The notes beneath the pieces are model-generated. The model saw only the letters and a list, made by a program, of their open reading frames with translations. It did no database searches and was not told the origin of the DNA. A program made the position numbers and the translations under genes. From a virus (Duplodnaviria > Caudoviricetes): a stretch of DNA of 64,000 nt. The stretch lies in the IMG/VR virus record IMGVR_UViG_3300033073_001516, positions 64,001-128,000 of that record. One strand, 5' to 3'. Shown in pieces: positions 1 through 8,797 of the stretch. Every line of letters begins with the position of its first letter. Position 1 is the stretch's first letter.

Positions 1-26
1 ACTTTTTTGATGAGAACTTGAAAGAA

Positions 27-1760
27 TTAAGTTGTGGTCGCAGATTCTACGACGCCAGCGACGTAATTGGTCGGATCGCTGATTGAGATACTGATGCTTG
101 ACTGCTTCTGCCTGTCGATATTGATCAATTGGATCTGGTATATCGCCGAATTAGAGATCCGAAGGAATCCTTGGTCACGCTTGTCAGAATTTGTGACCGC
201 CAAGTACTCGGGATCGAAATATACTCTCATTTTGGTTGATCCGCTCGATTTCACGCTATCAAGCGTAAGCTCAGCGTTTAAATATGTGTTCGGGTATTGC
301 TTCGATGCTCCCGAGGGAGAGATGAGCTCTTTGATTAGTTTGTTCCTATACTTGTCGAATCTCACCCTGAACTGTATGCCGTAATTCGAAGATTGACCGT
401 GGGCATCAACGGAGCACATAGTATAGATGTAATCAGAGTCCTTATTAAACTCTGGATCCACGTAGTAGTTAACTGGACCTTGAAACTTCGATATCAAGGA
501 GTTGTCGATAGTCTCTGGAAATGGAGTTCTCTCGACAGAATCATCGAAATCTATCATTCTTATCAATGAATAGGGTTCATTGATTGAGCTTCTGCGAAAC
601 ACTTGCCAATACTTAATATCTCTCTGTGGATTATTGGGAAACGACCAGATGATCTGCAGCGTGGAATCCTGATAGTTCCAATGAAGATTGAAGTCTGCAG
701 GTGCAGGAGGGGGAACCGACTCTTCAGCCGTCAAAGTAACTGATCTTGAAGGATCTGACAAGAACGGAAGCAGACAGAGTCCAACCTCTGCAGAATCAGA
801 TATTTCAGTTTCAGCGTAAATTGCTGCGATAGTTCTTACTCTGTACGAGTATGTCTGTCCATATCGAACTGCAGTATCTAGATAGCTGCTAGTCCCGCGC
901 GGGACGACAAACTTTTCCGGCGTTGTAGGGTCAGGAGCATCGCTAGCAAATTTTTCGACCATGTATCCGAGCAAAACAGGTCGAGTGGATCGAGAATTTG
1001 ACTCTTTATCTGAGACTCCAGACACCGTTGGATTAACGTCTTCTTCGGTCGGTGAATCGCTGGTTTTAGCGTAAAAGCTTCTCAGCGAGTTGAAAGCGTC
1101 ATATGACGCTCTCGCGGCTGTTGAACCCTGGAACTCTTTAAACGCAGCGCGTGCTCGTTCGTTGTCGATCAAAAGCTGCAGCATTTCATCATTGCTGTCA
1201 GAATCTAACGAGACTGTCCGACGTTCAAGATCATTGTAAGACACCGTCGACGTTCCTGGGGTGTTTAACCAATCTTGATTAAAGCTTTCTCCAAGAATAG
1301 ACTTAAGAATTTGAGCTGTATCTGCGGTCGACCCCGTGGTGTGACCTCGCAACATAGCTGATTCGCTCATTCTGCGTGCTATTCTAGAATCGAAGTTATA
1401 ATCTTGCACAAAAGCGGTAGTTGAACCTTGAGTGAGCACGCTAGCATCATTGACTTCTTCAATCGGCGCTGAAACTATTGAGTTGAGAAGTTCTTGCTGC
1501 TGAGTCGAGAGTGAGTCTTCTTCATTCGTACGAATGTCAACATTGCTACCGACAAAATTCGAAAGCCCTAGTGTGGACCAAGTAATTTTAAAAGCCCTGG
1601 GATATGGTTCTCCGTTTCTTAAATCAGAGAATGCTAAACCACGGGTGATCTTTTCGTTAGACTCGAAAAAGTTGTATATGAATTGAAGCTTAAGACCCTG
1701 AGGGATGGGTATATCAGCAACGTGAAATGGTCTACTGACTTTACGTTCGATGATAGGCAT
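27..1760 (-). CDS. Putative virion protein with two fibronectin type III-like domains
   Basis: 577 aa ORF; Fn3-like signatures SYLDTAVRYGQTYSYRVRT and PPPAP..LQIIWS..YWQVFRR..YIYTMCSVDAHGQSS; SD GGAGAGG upstream; in tail module. Confidence 0.55.
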   Translation of the reverse strand: MPIIERKVSRPFHVADIPIPQGLKLQFIYNFFESNEKITRGLAFSDLRNGEPYPRAFKITWSTLGLSNFVGSNVDIRTNEEDSLSTQQQELLNSIVSAPIEEVNDASVLTQGSTTAFVQDYNFDSRIARRMSESAMLRGHTTGSTADTAQILKSILGESFNQDWLNTPGTSTVSYNDLERRTVSLDSDSNDEMLQLLIDNERARAAFKEFQGSTAARASYDAFNSLRSFYAKTSDSPTEEDVNPTVSGVSDKESNSRSTRPVLLGYMVEKFASDAPDPTTPEKFVVPRGTSSYLDTAVRYGQTYSYRVRTIAAIYAETEISDSAEVGLCLLPFLSDPSRSVTLTAEESVPPPAPADFNLHWNYQDSTLQIIWSFPNNPQRDIKYWQVFRRSSINEPYSLIRMIDFDDSVERTPFPETIDNSLISKFQGPVNYYVDPEFNKDSDYIYTMCSVDAHGQSSNYGIQFRVRFDKYRNKLIKELISPSGASKQYPNTYLNAELTLDSVKSSGSTKMRVYFDPEYLAVTNSDKRDQGFLRISNSAIYQIQLINIDRQKQSSISISISDPTNYVAGVVESATTT

Positions 1761-4700
1761 TCAGCGACCTCTCCATCTGTTGGGATTAAAGTTTCTAGCA
1801 GCCGACGAAGCAGCGTTAGCAGCCACTCCTCTAGATACGACTCTGGTAATATTTCTAGCTACGTTCGCTACAACAGATTGCGCGTCCGAGACTACTGAAT
1901 CTATCAAATTCTCGTTCACGATGTTCTCAATTTGATTCATCTGTATTTCGTTCACTATCTTATTCACGTCTGGAACCAGAAGATTATTGAACTGTGAAAG
2001 TTGGGAATCAAGATCTCTTACGTTAACTTCTCGATCGATTGACAACCCTCTTGGATCTATCGTCGGGTTGAATCTTCTGCTAGGATCCTCTGTTCCGAAA
2101 ATGTTAACGTCCAAAGAATTTCTAGATGTACCGCTGGAAGAACCTTGAGTGGTGCTTTCACTTTCGCTGGTCGAAATTAAATACTCAGCTATCGAGGCCG
2201 CGAAACTGCACGTTGACATTCCACGATTGTTTGGGTCCTGATTCAGGAGAATTTGGCCGCCCTCATCGTTTGGTGCTCTTTCAAAATCATATGACAGCGT
2301 CAATCCGAAACCTGAAAACGCGGGTATTCTGGCGATGAAACTGTCCGGGTCTATCGGTATTAAAAACACTCTATCATGATCGAATGCTCGGGTCAATCTG
2401 TCCAGCAGTTTCGAATTTCTCAGAAGATATGACGATGCGATGTTGGCAAGCATTTCTTTTTTAGAATCGCTGATTCCGCTTTCAACTTCGTTAAAATTGA
2501 TGTATCCATCCTGAAAAATTCTAGAAATTGATGAGCCAGATGGAAGAGACACATCCGGTAACCTTAGATCAGCCAACGACGTTAACGCGTTTAAACCGTT
2601 ACTTGATATGCTGGCATCTCCGTCCATTGAGGTTGACTCATCTAAAACGAAACCAGCGGTGTAATAATTTTGAGATTCAAAAATCGCAGAGTTATAAGCG
2701 TTTCGCATGATCTGCTTGATTATCTCAGGATCCATGCCCGGATTTTCATCGAAATATTTCGTGAATAGTCGCTGATAAGAATATGGTCCGATGAATCCGT
2801 TCTTGTCGAAAAGAACGTACGATGATTCTTGAGATGCTGCCGAACTTCCTAAACTGTTCACGAACAGCGCGGGATCGAAAACGTATTCTTTTTCGTCAAA
2901 AGCAGAATCTATGTTGAATCGATAATCGTTCTTAATGATTTTCACTTTCAAGAAATTGCTGCGGCCCGTCATTGAATTAATGACAGTAGACCTTGGAATT
3001 CCGACGTGTAGAATTCTTATGTTCTTCAAGCTATAGTCTCTGTACGTGTTCGGGACCGTTTCGCTTGATAGATGAGAAAAGTTCCAATCGATTGGTGGAA
3101 CATCGGAGAAGATGCGAGGTAAATAACCAGCAGACGCGATGGGTTCCCACTTCCTTAAGAGAGCTCTACGAACAGCTATTCCGTGTGGAGTAATCTCAGA
3201 TAGTGTCTTAAGTCGATTACGATCTGCCGCGAAATTCACGTCGTTGGCGACCTGTGTGAAATTCAACACTGCTAGATCTTTAGATTCTTTGATAACTTTT
3301 GAATATGCGTCCAAAAAAGCGTAGACATTCTGATATGTCTCGACATCTTTTTTGATACTGTTAAAGTCCAGAGACACATCGTCGTCTGAAGACACGTCTC
3401 CAACTGATGAGATTATCGATCTTAAACGAGACGAAGCTGAGCTGAGAGCTGCGCCACCAAAGCTGAACTTGGTGCTACCATCGTCTTTAAATGAAAACGT
3501 CAGATTCGTAATGAATTTTCTGCTAATAAAAAGAAAGCAGGACACGATCAACGAAAGAATCGCGTACTCGTCCATTTTCCCGTATGATGTGTAACCGTCA
3601 GATCCAACGATGGTAAAACCTTCTGGAATTGAATTTTTTGACTTTGAAATTAGATCTTCGTAAAGATCGACCATCAAGCTGAAAATTGTTCCTTCTTTGT
3701 CCCACGACTCACGATAAACTTGCACAAAAGCTATTGCTCCTGCAGCAGCATCCCGCGCGCGCGCGTCCGATAGATCGTTCGTAGCTTTATCTTCAAATAT
3801 TTGAAGCGCGAATGATTGAGCTTGATCATCGATTCCAGAATTGTCGCTTGCTGCTCGCGCGATAGTTCTATTAGAAATGCTAAGTTGATTTCCAGATCTG
3901 GATGTTGTGGTCGACTCTACCGTCTTAACTGTCGCGTCGTCCTTGATGACCTCGCTGTTTTCCGAAGTTCTGGTCGTCGTAATTGAAGTAGTCGAAGATG
4001 AAGACTCTTGTGACGATCCGCTTCTCACATTAGATTTCAAACGATTGTACTTGATAGCCCCCAGGCAGCGAAGTATATACTGCTTCGTGGAGTCACTGCC
4101 TGAATATGCTGATTGCAGCGCGATTAGCTGATATTTGTTTATTTCGCTTTGATCCGCAAGGGCCAACGCATCGGTGAAATATTCCAGCATTCTTCTAAAA
4201 ACTGCCACGGGAGACAGATCATTTTCACTGTTGAGGAGTCCCACAGCGCTCTCTGTTATCTTCTGGAGATCCGATATCGACTTATTGAGTTGACGCGAGT
4301 ATAAATCCAACTCTGAGAATTGAAGATCGCCGTTTGCGATCGCATTTCTAACTAGAGCTTTTTCTCCAGACGAATAGCTCACGTTAGGCTCACTTTCGCA
4401 AGGTATGACCACGGAACCATCAGTCTGATCATATCTTAAAATTTTCAAAGCATAATTCGCAGCATCGATATTTTTTCGATACAAAATATTGCCAATAGAG
4501 ACGTCAGTCCTAAGATTCGATGAGGATCCATCACGTGTTGGAACTGCTACATCTTTGATTTTTATTGAAGCTTTTACACCTTCAAAAATTTGATCAAGAT
4601 CGGATATTGAAGTTACGTTTAATCCAATTTCGGGTTGAATTTTTTTCAATCTCGCTATTCCAGACGAAAGATTGAAAACGTTGGAGAGCGCGTACGAGCA

Positions 4701-5462
4701 TAAAAGAAGTTGAGAGATATTATTCTCATCCGATACACTTCGAATTGCATTCCAGGGAAAACGTGATTCGGAGTTGGGATCGTACGGATCACGTTGACCT
4801 ATCGTGTTGACTAGCTCGTTCGCAGCTTTCGAATATCCGGAGTTGAAATCAGACACTCTCGATCTGATTTCGTTGATTAAAATGAGCATGATCTTAGTAT
4901 TCGAAAGATCATCTATGGGATACGACAGTATCTGGTTTAAGAGCGTGGGTCTAGAAGATGCAGGTGATAGATTCTCATCGATTTTATCCAACAGAAAATC
5001 TCTAAACTTACTATCAAATTTTTTCTGAGACTCTAGCGGATCAAGCGATTGCTTCAATCCCTCTGTAGAAGATAAGAACGTGTTAAGATCTTCGATAAAC
5101 TTGATGGCCGATCTTACATCATCTTCAACTGTTTTTTTGAGATTCGACCATAGACCTGCTGGATCTTCCTCTAAAGCTCGCGTGACAACATGCGTGACGT
5201 CTAGAATTTTAAGTTTCTCAATCGCTTCAATTCTTCTTAGATAATCAAAATTGTCACCCTGTATGTGCATTTTTGACATGCACATAATCTCTGTGAAAAC
5301 TTCATCTTCCGAAGCTTCAAACACTGAGGATGAACTAGAGCTGTCAGACTGGTCGGACTTCAATTCAGATCTAACAACTGACAAGTCCAATCTCTTGCTG
5401 CTTCTCGATGCATCTAGCAGTCCATCAGATTTTTTATCAGAGAGCTTTGATGGAATCGGCAT
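1761..5462 (-). CDS. Large hypothetical (probably virion) protein, mainly helical
   Basis: 1233 aa ORF, SD AGGAGG, between structural genes; no recognisable motif. Confidence 0.45.
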   Translation of the reverse strand: MPIPSKLSDKKSDGLLDASRSSKRLDLSVVRSELKSDQSDSSSSSSVFEASEDEVFTEIMCMSKMHIQGDNFDYLRRIEAIEKLKILDVTHVVTRALEEDPAGLWSNLKKTVEDDVRSAIKFIEDLNTFLSSTEGLKQSLDPLESQKKFDSKFRDFLLDKIDENLSPASSRPTLLNQILSYPIDDLSNTKIMLILINEIRSRVSDFNSGYSKAANELVNTIGQRDPYDPNSESRFPWNAIRSVSDENNISQLLLCSYALSNVFNLSSGIARLKKIQPEIGLNVTSISDLDQIFEGVKASIKIKDVAVPTRDGSSSNLRTDVSIGNILYRKNIDAANYALKILRYDQTDGSVVIPCESEPNVSYSSGEKALVRNAIANGDLQFSELDLYSRQLNKSISDLQKITESAVGLLNSENDLSPVAVFRRMLEYFTDALALADQSEINKYQLIALQSAYSGSDSTKQYILRCLGAIKYNRLKSNVRSGSSQESSSSTTSITTTRTSENSEVIKDDATVKTVESTTTSRSGNQLSISNRTIARAASDNSGIDDQAQSFALQIFEDKATNDLSDARARDAAAGAIAFVQVYRESWDKEGTIFSLMVDLYEDLISKSKNSIPEGFTIVGSDGYTSYGKMDEYAILSLIVSCFLFISRKFITNLTFSFKDDGSTKFSFGGAALSSASSRLRSIISSVGDVSSDDDVSLDFNSIKKDVETYQNVYAFLDAYSKVIKESKDLAVLNFTQVANDVNFAADRNRLKTLSEITPHGIAVRRALLRKWEPIASAGYLPRIFSDVPPIDWNFSHLSSETVPNTYRDYSLKNIRILHVGIPRSTVINSMTGRSNFLKVKIIKNDYRFNIDSAFDEKEYVFDPALFVNSLGSSAASQESSYVLFDKNGFIGPYSYQRLFTKYFDENPGMDPEIIKQIMRNAYNSAIFESQNYYTAGFVLDESTSMDGDASISSNGLNALTSLADLRLPDVSLPSGSSISRIFQDGYINFNEVESGISDSKKEMLANIASSYLLRNSKLLDRLTRAFDHDRVFLIPIDPDSFIARIPAFSGFGLTLSYDFERAPNDEGGQILLNQDPNNRGMSTCSFAASIAEYLISTSESESTTQGSSSGTSRNSLDVNIFGTEDPSRRFNPTIDPRGLSIDREVNVRDLDSQLSQFNNLLVPDVNKIVNEIQMNQIENIVNENLIDSVVSDAQSVVANVARNITRVVSRGVAANAASSAARNFNPNRWRGR

Positions 5463-7829
5463 TTACTTCCTCCTCGCGGGTCCGATGATCGAGCCCATAT
5501 CGTAATTCGTATAAACGACTTGAATATAATAATTTGGTTGATTGGGCTCTGAGGCTAACAATTCATCTACGAACATCATCGATTCGCTTTTATCAAAATG
5601 AACGGCGCGGAGAGGAGCCAACACTCCATTATAGTCGGCATGAACGATAACGTGATCTATTTTTCTATCATTCGGAAGGAGGATCCAGCTTATTTCATTA
5701 CCGCGCTGCGTTTTTCTGACTGATAGGTTTTTGACCTCAGCATCTTTACGTGGGACGTCGACATTTACCGCGATTGTTGTTGAAGTCATTCCAGCTATCA
5801 TCTCGTCATCAGTCGATGATGATGGATCTGAGGCAAGACCAGTTGCTGAAACTGCTCTCTTTTGAATGACGTTAGAAGGCAAAACTCCCTTTTTTAGAGT
5901 TTTCGGTGAGTTATACTTTTTGAGATTCGTGCTAAAAGACTTTCCAGTTTCTACGTCAGTGCGGCCGACGTTAGTCTGGCTGAATATCGAACCTGGAGAC
6001 CTGACAAGAAGACGCGCGAAATAAACGTATTTTCTTCCCGGCACAATATTCGAAACGTTATAAACGCTTCTAGTTCTAGAGCTGTCCTCGAATCTTCCCG
6101 ACTCAACAATTCCGAAATTTTCAATATGGCCAGTCGTACAGTCGAATCTCACGACTTCAAGAGCAGTTATCTTATTGAGAAGTTCTCTGTTCGATTTAAT
6201 CTCTTCGATATACTGCGAATCCAGCCCGGAAGAAACTAATATGTTGTATACTTGCTCAATTGTCGTTTTAGAAGATGAAACATCAACTTGAAACGAAACA
6301 GTAAGAGAAGTTCCGTCCGATTCTACTCTGTAATCTTGACTTATCAATGATTTTGATTCTTCAACGCTCTTGCTGCCGACAAAATGTATGATTGAAGATC
6401 TTTGAGATTCGTATACATTTCCTCTCGTGTCGGTCATCATGACTTTGTATTCAAGAACAGTATCAGGTCTAAGAACTCTATCAAGAAATGAAGCAGTCGT
6501 AGTTTCGTTATCGATGGATTTTTGACTTTTCTCGCTTAGAGACGTGGGTGTTGAGTATGCTTTCTCCTTGGTCGTCACATTTCTTCTGACGAGTCTGATC
6601 GCCACAACTCCGTATGGAATGTTGTGAACCGACACCTGCACCCCGTTCGCAGTTTCATAGGCAAATATTGTGACTGGATCTTCGACGTTTTTCTGTTGAG
6701 AAATCTTACTTTTTCCGATAACTGCGCTTGAAAATTCTCCGAATGTCCTACCGTATGAATCATACGAAACCGCGCGATAAATTGTCTGCTGAGGTGAAAG
6801 GTCGGGATCAGCAATATTGAACTCATCACCAGACGACGCGTCCAGGTCAGCTACCAACTCGTATGAATCATCGACGAAGTTATCTTTATTCAGAGTCTTT
6901 CTGTAAATTTTTACCTTAGAAGCTCGAGGGTCTATTTGCTTAATCTTAATTTTTCTTTTACCTTCGAAGCTAGCAACTGAGATATTGGGAGAAATAGAGG
7001 GGACAACTGCATCTTTCAAAGCTTTCGAAAAATCTACAGTCTGATCTATTTTATGAACGACAGCTGCTTCCTTCCGAGCTTTCACGGTAAAAGAGTAATT
7101 TTTAACTTTACTCTCTGGAATGGTCACTTCAAGAGGTACCGTTATGAAATTAGTTGCTCGCTCTGACTTTTCGATCAAAGAAGGAGTGTTGCCACGCTTT
7201 TGCATTTCGATACGAGCTGCTTCAAATTGCAAATCTATTTTTTGATAATTACCAGTTGTCCTGAGCCCTGAGACGCTCTTAAAGATCGAAGAGTGTGAAG
7301 GTCTAGCATTAAGCTCTTGCGCAGGGTCTTTCTTTCTATACTCAGCGATCGTTTTGTAAGTTTTTTTCGAGACTGAGGCGCTGGGAACGATGTTTGTAGT
7401 TGCTCCAGAGCGTGGAGCAATTGAATTTATAGAATTCTGAGAGTTTGAAGGTCTGATCACTGTAGTTTTTTTAACAGGAGATCCAGACCCGATTTCTCGT
7501 ATTTTGTCATTTGGAAGATACTTCGTTATATCAACGCTCCCAGAATAAATGATCAGCTCTTTATCCCTCTTCATCTTTTCATTACGAGCAGATGGAAGTT
7601 GATAAATTTTATTCGAGTCTGAATTTGAGAATTTCAATGATGTAATTTTGACTACATCAACGGGTGATATCTCATAGTCTAAAAATAGAATATTGTTTTT
7701 TATGGCAGCTGTTGCGTCAACGTCGACGTATAGCCTGAACACAACGCCTCCGTCTCGAGTTCCAAGTGCCTCAGGTAGAGTTGAGCTTTTTCTCATCACC
7801 TGAATCTGAGATTTAGTTTTCAGTCTCAT
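5463..7829 (-). CDS. Putative virion protein with several degenerate Fn3-like repeats
   Basis: 788 aa; repeated pattern (I)YR...F-x-D...Y-[RK] (IADPDLSPQQTIYRAVSYD, FLDRVLRPDTVLEYKV, FED..PGRKYVY). Confidence 0.5.
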   Translation of the reverse strand: MRLKTKSQIQVMRKSSTLPEALGTRDGGVVFRLYVDVDATAAIKNNILFLDYEISPVDVVKITSLKFSNSDSNKIYQLPSARNEKMKRDKELIIYSGSVDITKYLPNDKIREIGSGSPVKKTTVIRPSNSQNSINSIAPRSGATTNIVPSASVSKKTYKTIAEYRKKDPAQELNARPSHSSIFKSVSGLRTTGNYQKIDLQFEAARIEMQKRGNTPSLIEKSERATNFITVPLEVTIPESKVKNYSFTVKARKEAAVVHKIDQTVDFSKALKDAVVPSISPNISVASFEGKRKIKIKQIDPRASKVKIYRKTLNKDNFVDDSYELVADLDASSGDEFNIADPDLSPQQTIYRAVSYDSYGRTFGEFSSAVIGKSKISQQKNVEDPVTIFAYETANGVQVSVHNIPYGVVAIRLVRRNVTTKEKAYSTPTSLSEKSQKSIDNETTTASFLDRVLRPDTVLEYKVMMTDTRGNVYESQRSSIIHFVGSKSVEESKSLISQDYRVESDGTSLTVSFQVDVSSSKTTIEQVYNILVSSGLDSQYIEEIKSNRELLNKITALEVVRFDCTTGHIENFGIVESGRFEDSSRTRSVYNVSNIVPGRKYVYFARLLVRSPGSIFSQTNVGRTDVETGKSFSTNLKKYNSPKTLKKGVLPSNVIQKRAVSATGLASDPSSSTDDEMIAGMTSTTIAVNVDVPRKDAEVKNLSVRKTQRGNEISWILLPNDRKIDHVIVHADYNGVLAPLRAVHFDKSESMMFVDELLASEPNQPNYYIQVVYTNYDMGSIIGPARRK

Positions 7830-7831
7830 GT

Positions 7832-8752
7832 CTATTCCAGCTCGATTGTGAACATGTTAACGAACGTCGGATCGTTTGAGCTGTCAAAATAAATCTTTCC
7901 CAGGAATATTGTCCTGACAAGCTTCTGAGGATTCTCTAATGAGCTTCTGTATCCGTAATCGATTGCGTCCAATTTGTTGATCAGTGAGCCAGTTCCTATC
8001 TCGAATGCCTGCATGATAAAATTGTTCTCGCTTGATGTTTCTAAGAACGTTATCTCTGCACTTTCAAGCTGCGAGAGTCGTGACTGCATCGCTATTCTAT
8101 CGGTGTCGCTCTTCTCATTGTAGTCCGGGTAATTTGCTAGTGCTTTACCCGCTAGAGTTCCGGCTGCGTTGACGGGTGGAAGGTACTTGAAGTTAGGAAG
8201 GTTGGAGAGTCGCATATCATTCTGCAGCGACTCTATCGAATCGAGCGTAGCCCACTCAACATCACCTCGTGAATGATCGAACGGAAATCCATCTCGAACA
8301 TTGAAAGTGATGCTAGGTTGAGAAACTTGAAAGCCGGTGGTTTCGGACAGCGGATCGTTGGTTCCAATTATCTGATTCCAGCCAAGCGACTGTGTGATTG
8401 ACTGAAGCAGGAAATCAGAAGCTTGCGATACGCTACCAACGAGATTGGTGGATCCAGCGAGAAGATTACCACCAGCGGTGACTGCGACGCTATCTCCTGT
8501 GAAAGGTCTCAGGTAGCCCGAGTCATCCGTCTCGAAAGTTATCATATCCGCCGAGACATCACCGAGAGCTTCAAAGTATAGCTTACCTGATGGATCCTCA
8601 ATTGAGAGATCGTTCGTGGCATCATAAGACGCACCCAGATCAGTGAAAGTAGCGTACTCGATCTTCATCCTACCTGATGCGATCTGACGTCGTCCCTGCT
8701 GGGTGAGAACGACGTCCATGATCCTTGATTTCGGGTCGAGTATGCCTGCCAT
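7832..8752 (-). CDS. Putative tail/baseplate connector protein
   Basis: 306 aa; N-terminus GILD..IMDVVLTQQGRRQIA resembles tail-fibre/baseplate attachment segments (LT..GR..LA); candidate late promoter upstream. Confidence 0.45.
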   Translation of the reverse strand: MAGILDPKSRIMDVVLTQQGRRQIASGRMKIEYATFTDLGASYDATNDLSIEDPSGKLYFEALGDVSADMITFETDDSGYLRPFTGDSVAVTAGGNLLAGSTNLVGSVSQASDFLLQSITQSLGWNQIIGTNDPLSETTGFQVSQPSITFNVRDGFPFDHSRGDVEWATLDSIESLQNDMRLSNLPNFKYLPPVNAAGTLAGKALANYPDYNEKSDTDRIAMQSRLSQLESAEITFLETSSENNFIMQAFEIGTGSLINKLDAIDYGYRSSLENPQKLVRTIFLGKIYFDSSNDPTFVNMFTIELE

Positions 8753-8770
8753 ATATTTGCACCGCCAGCC

Positions 8771-8778
8771 TTAATTAT
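8771..8778 (-). promoter_or_regulatory. Candidate late promoter (ATAATTAA)
   Basis: TAnTTA motif 18 nt upstream of the 8752 start; recurs before other virion genes. Confidence 0.5.
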
Positions 8779-8797
8779 CAGCAGCGCAAATTCTCAG

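Noticed and set aside
27-7829. Three genes abut in the same frame (TAA|ATG at 5463/5462, TGA|ATG at 1761/1760), suggesting readthrough or recoding
   Set aside because: Each downstream ATG has its own good SD, the stop codons differ, and no suppressor tRNA is present. TAG and TGA end well-conserved enzymes at their expected positions, so this is ordinary coupling in code 11.
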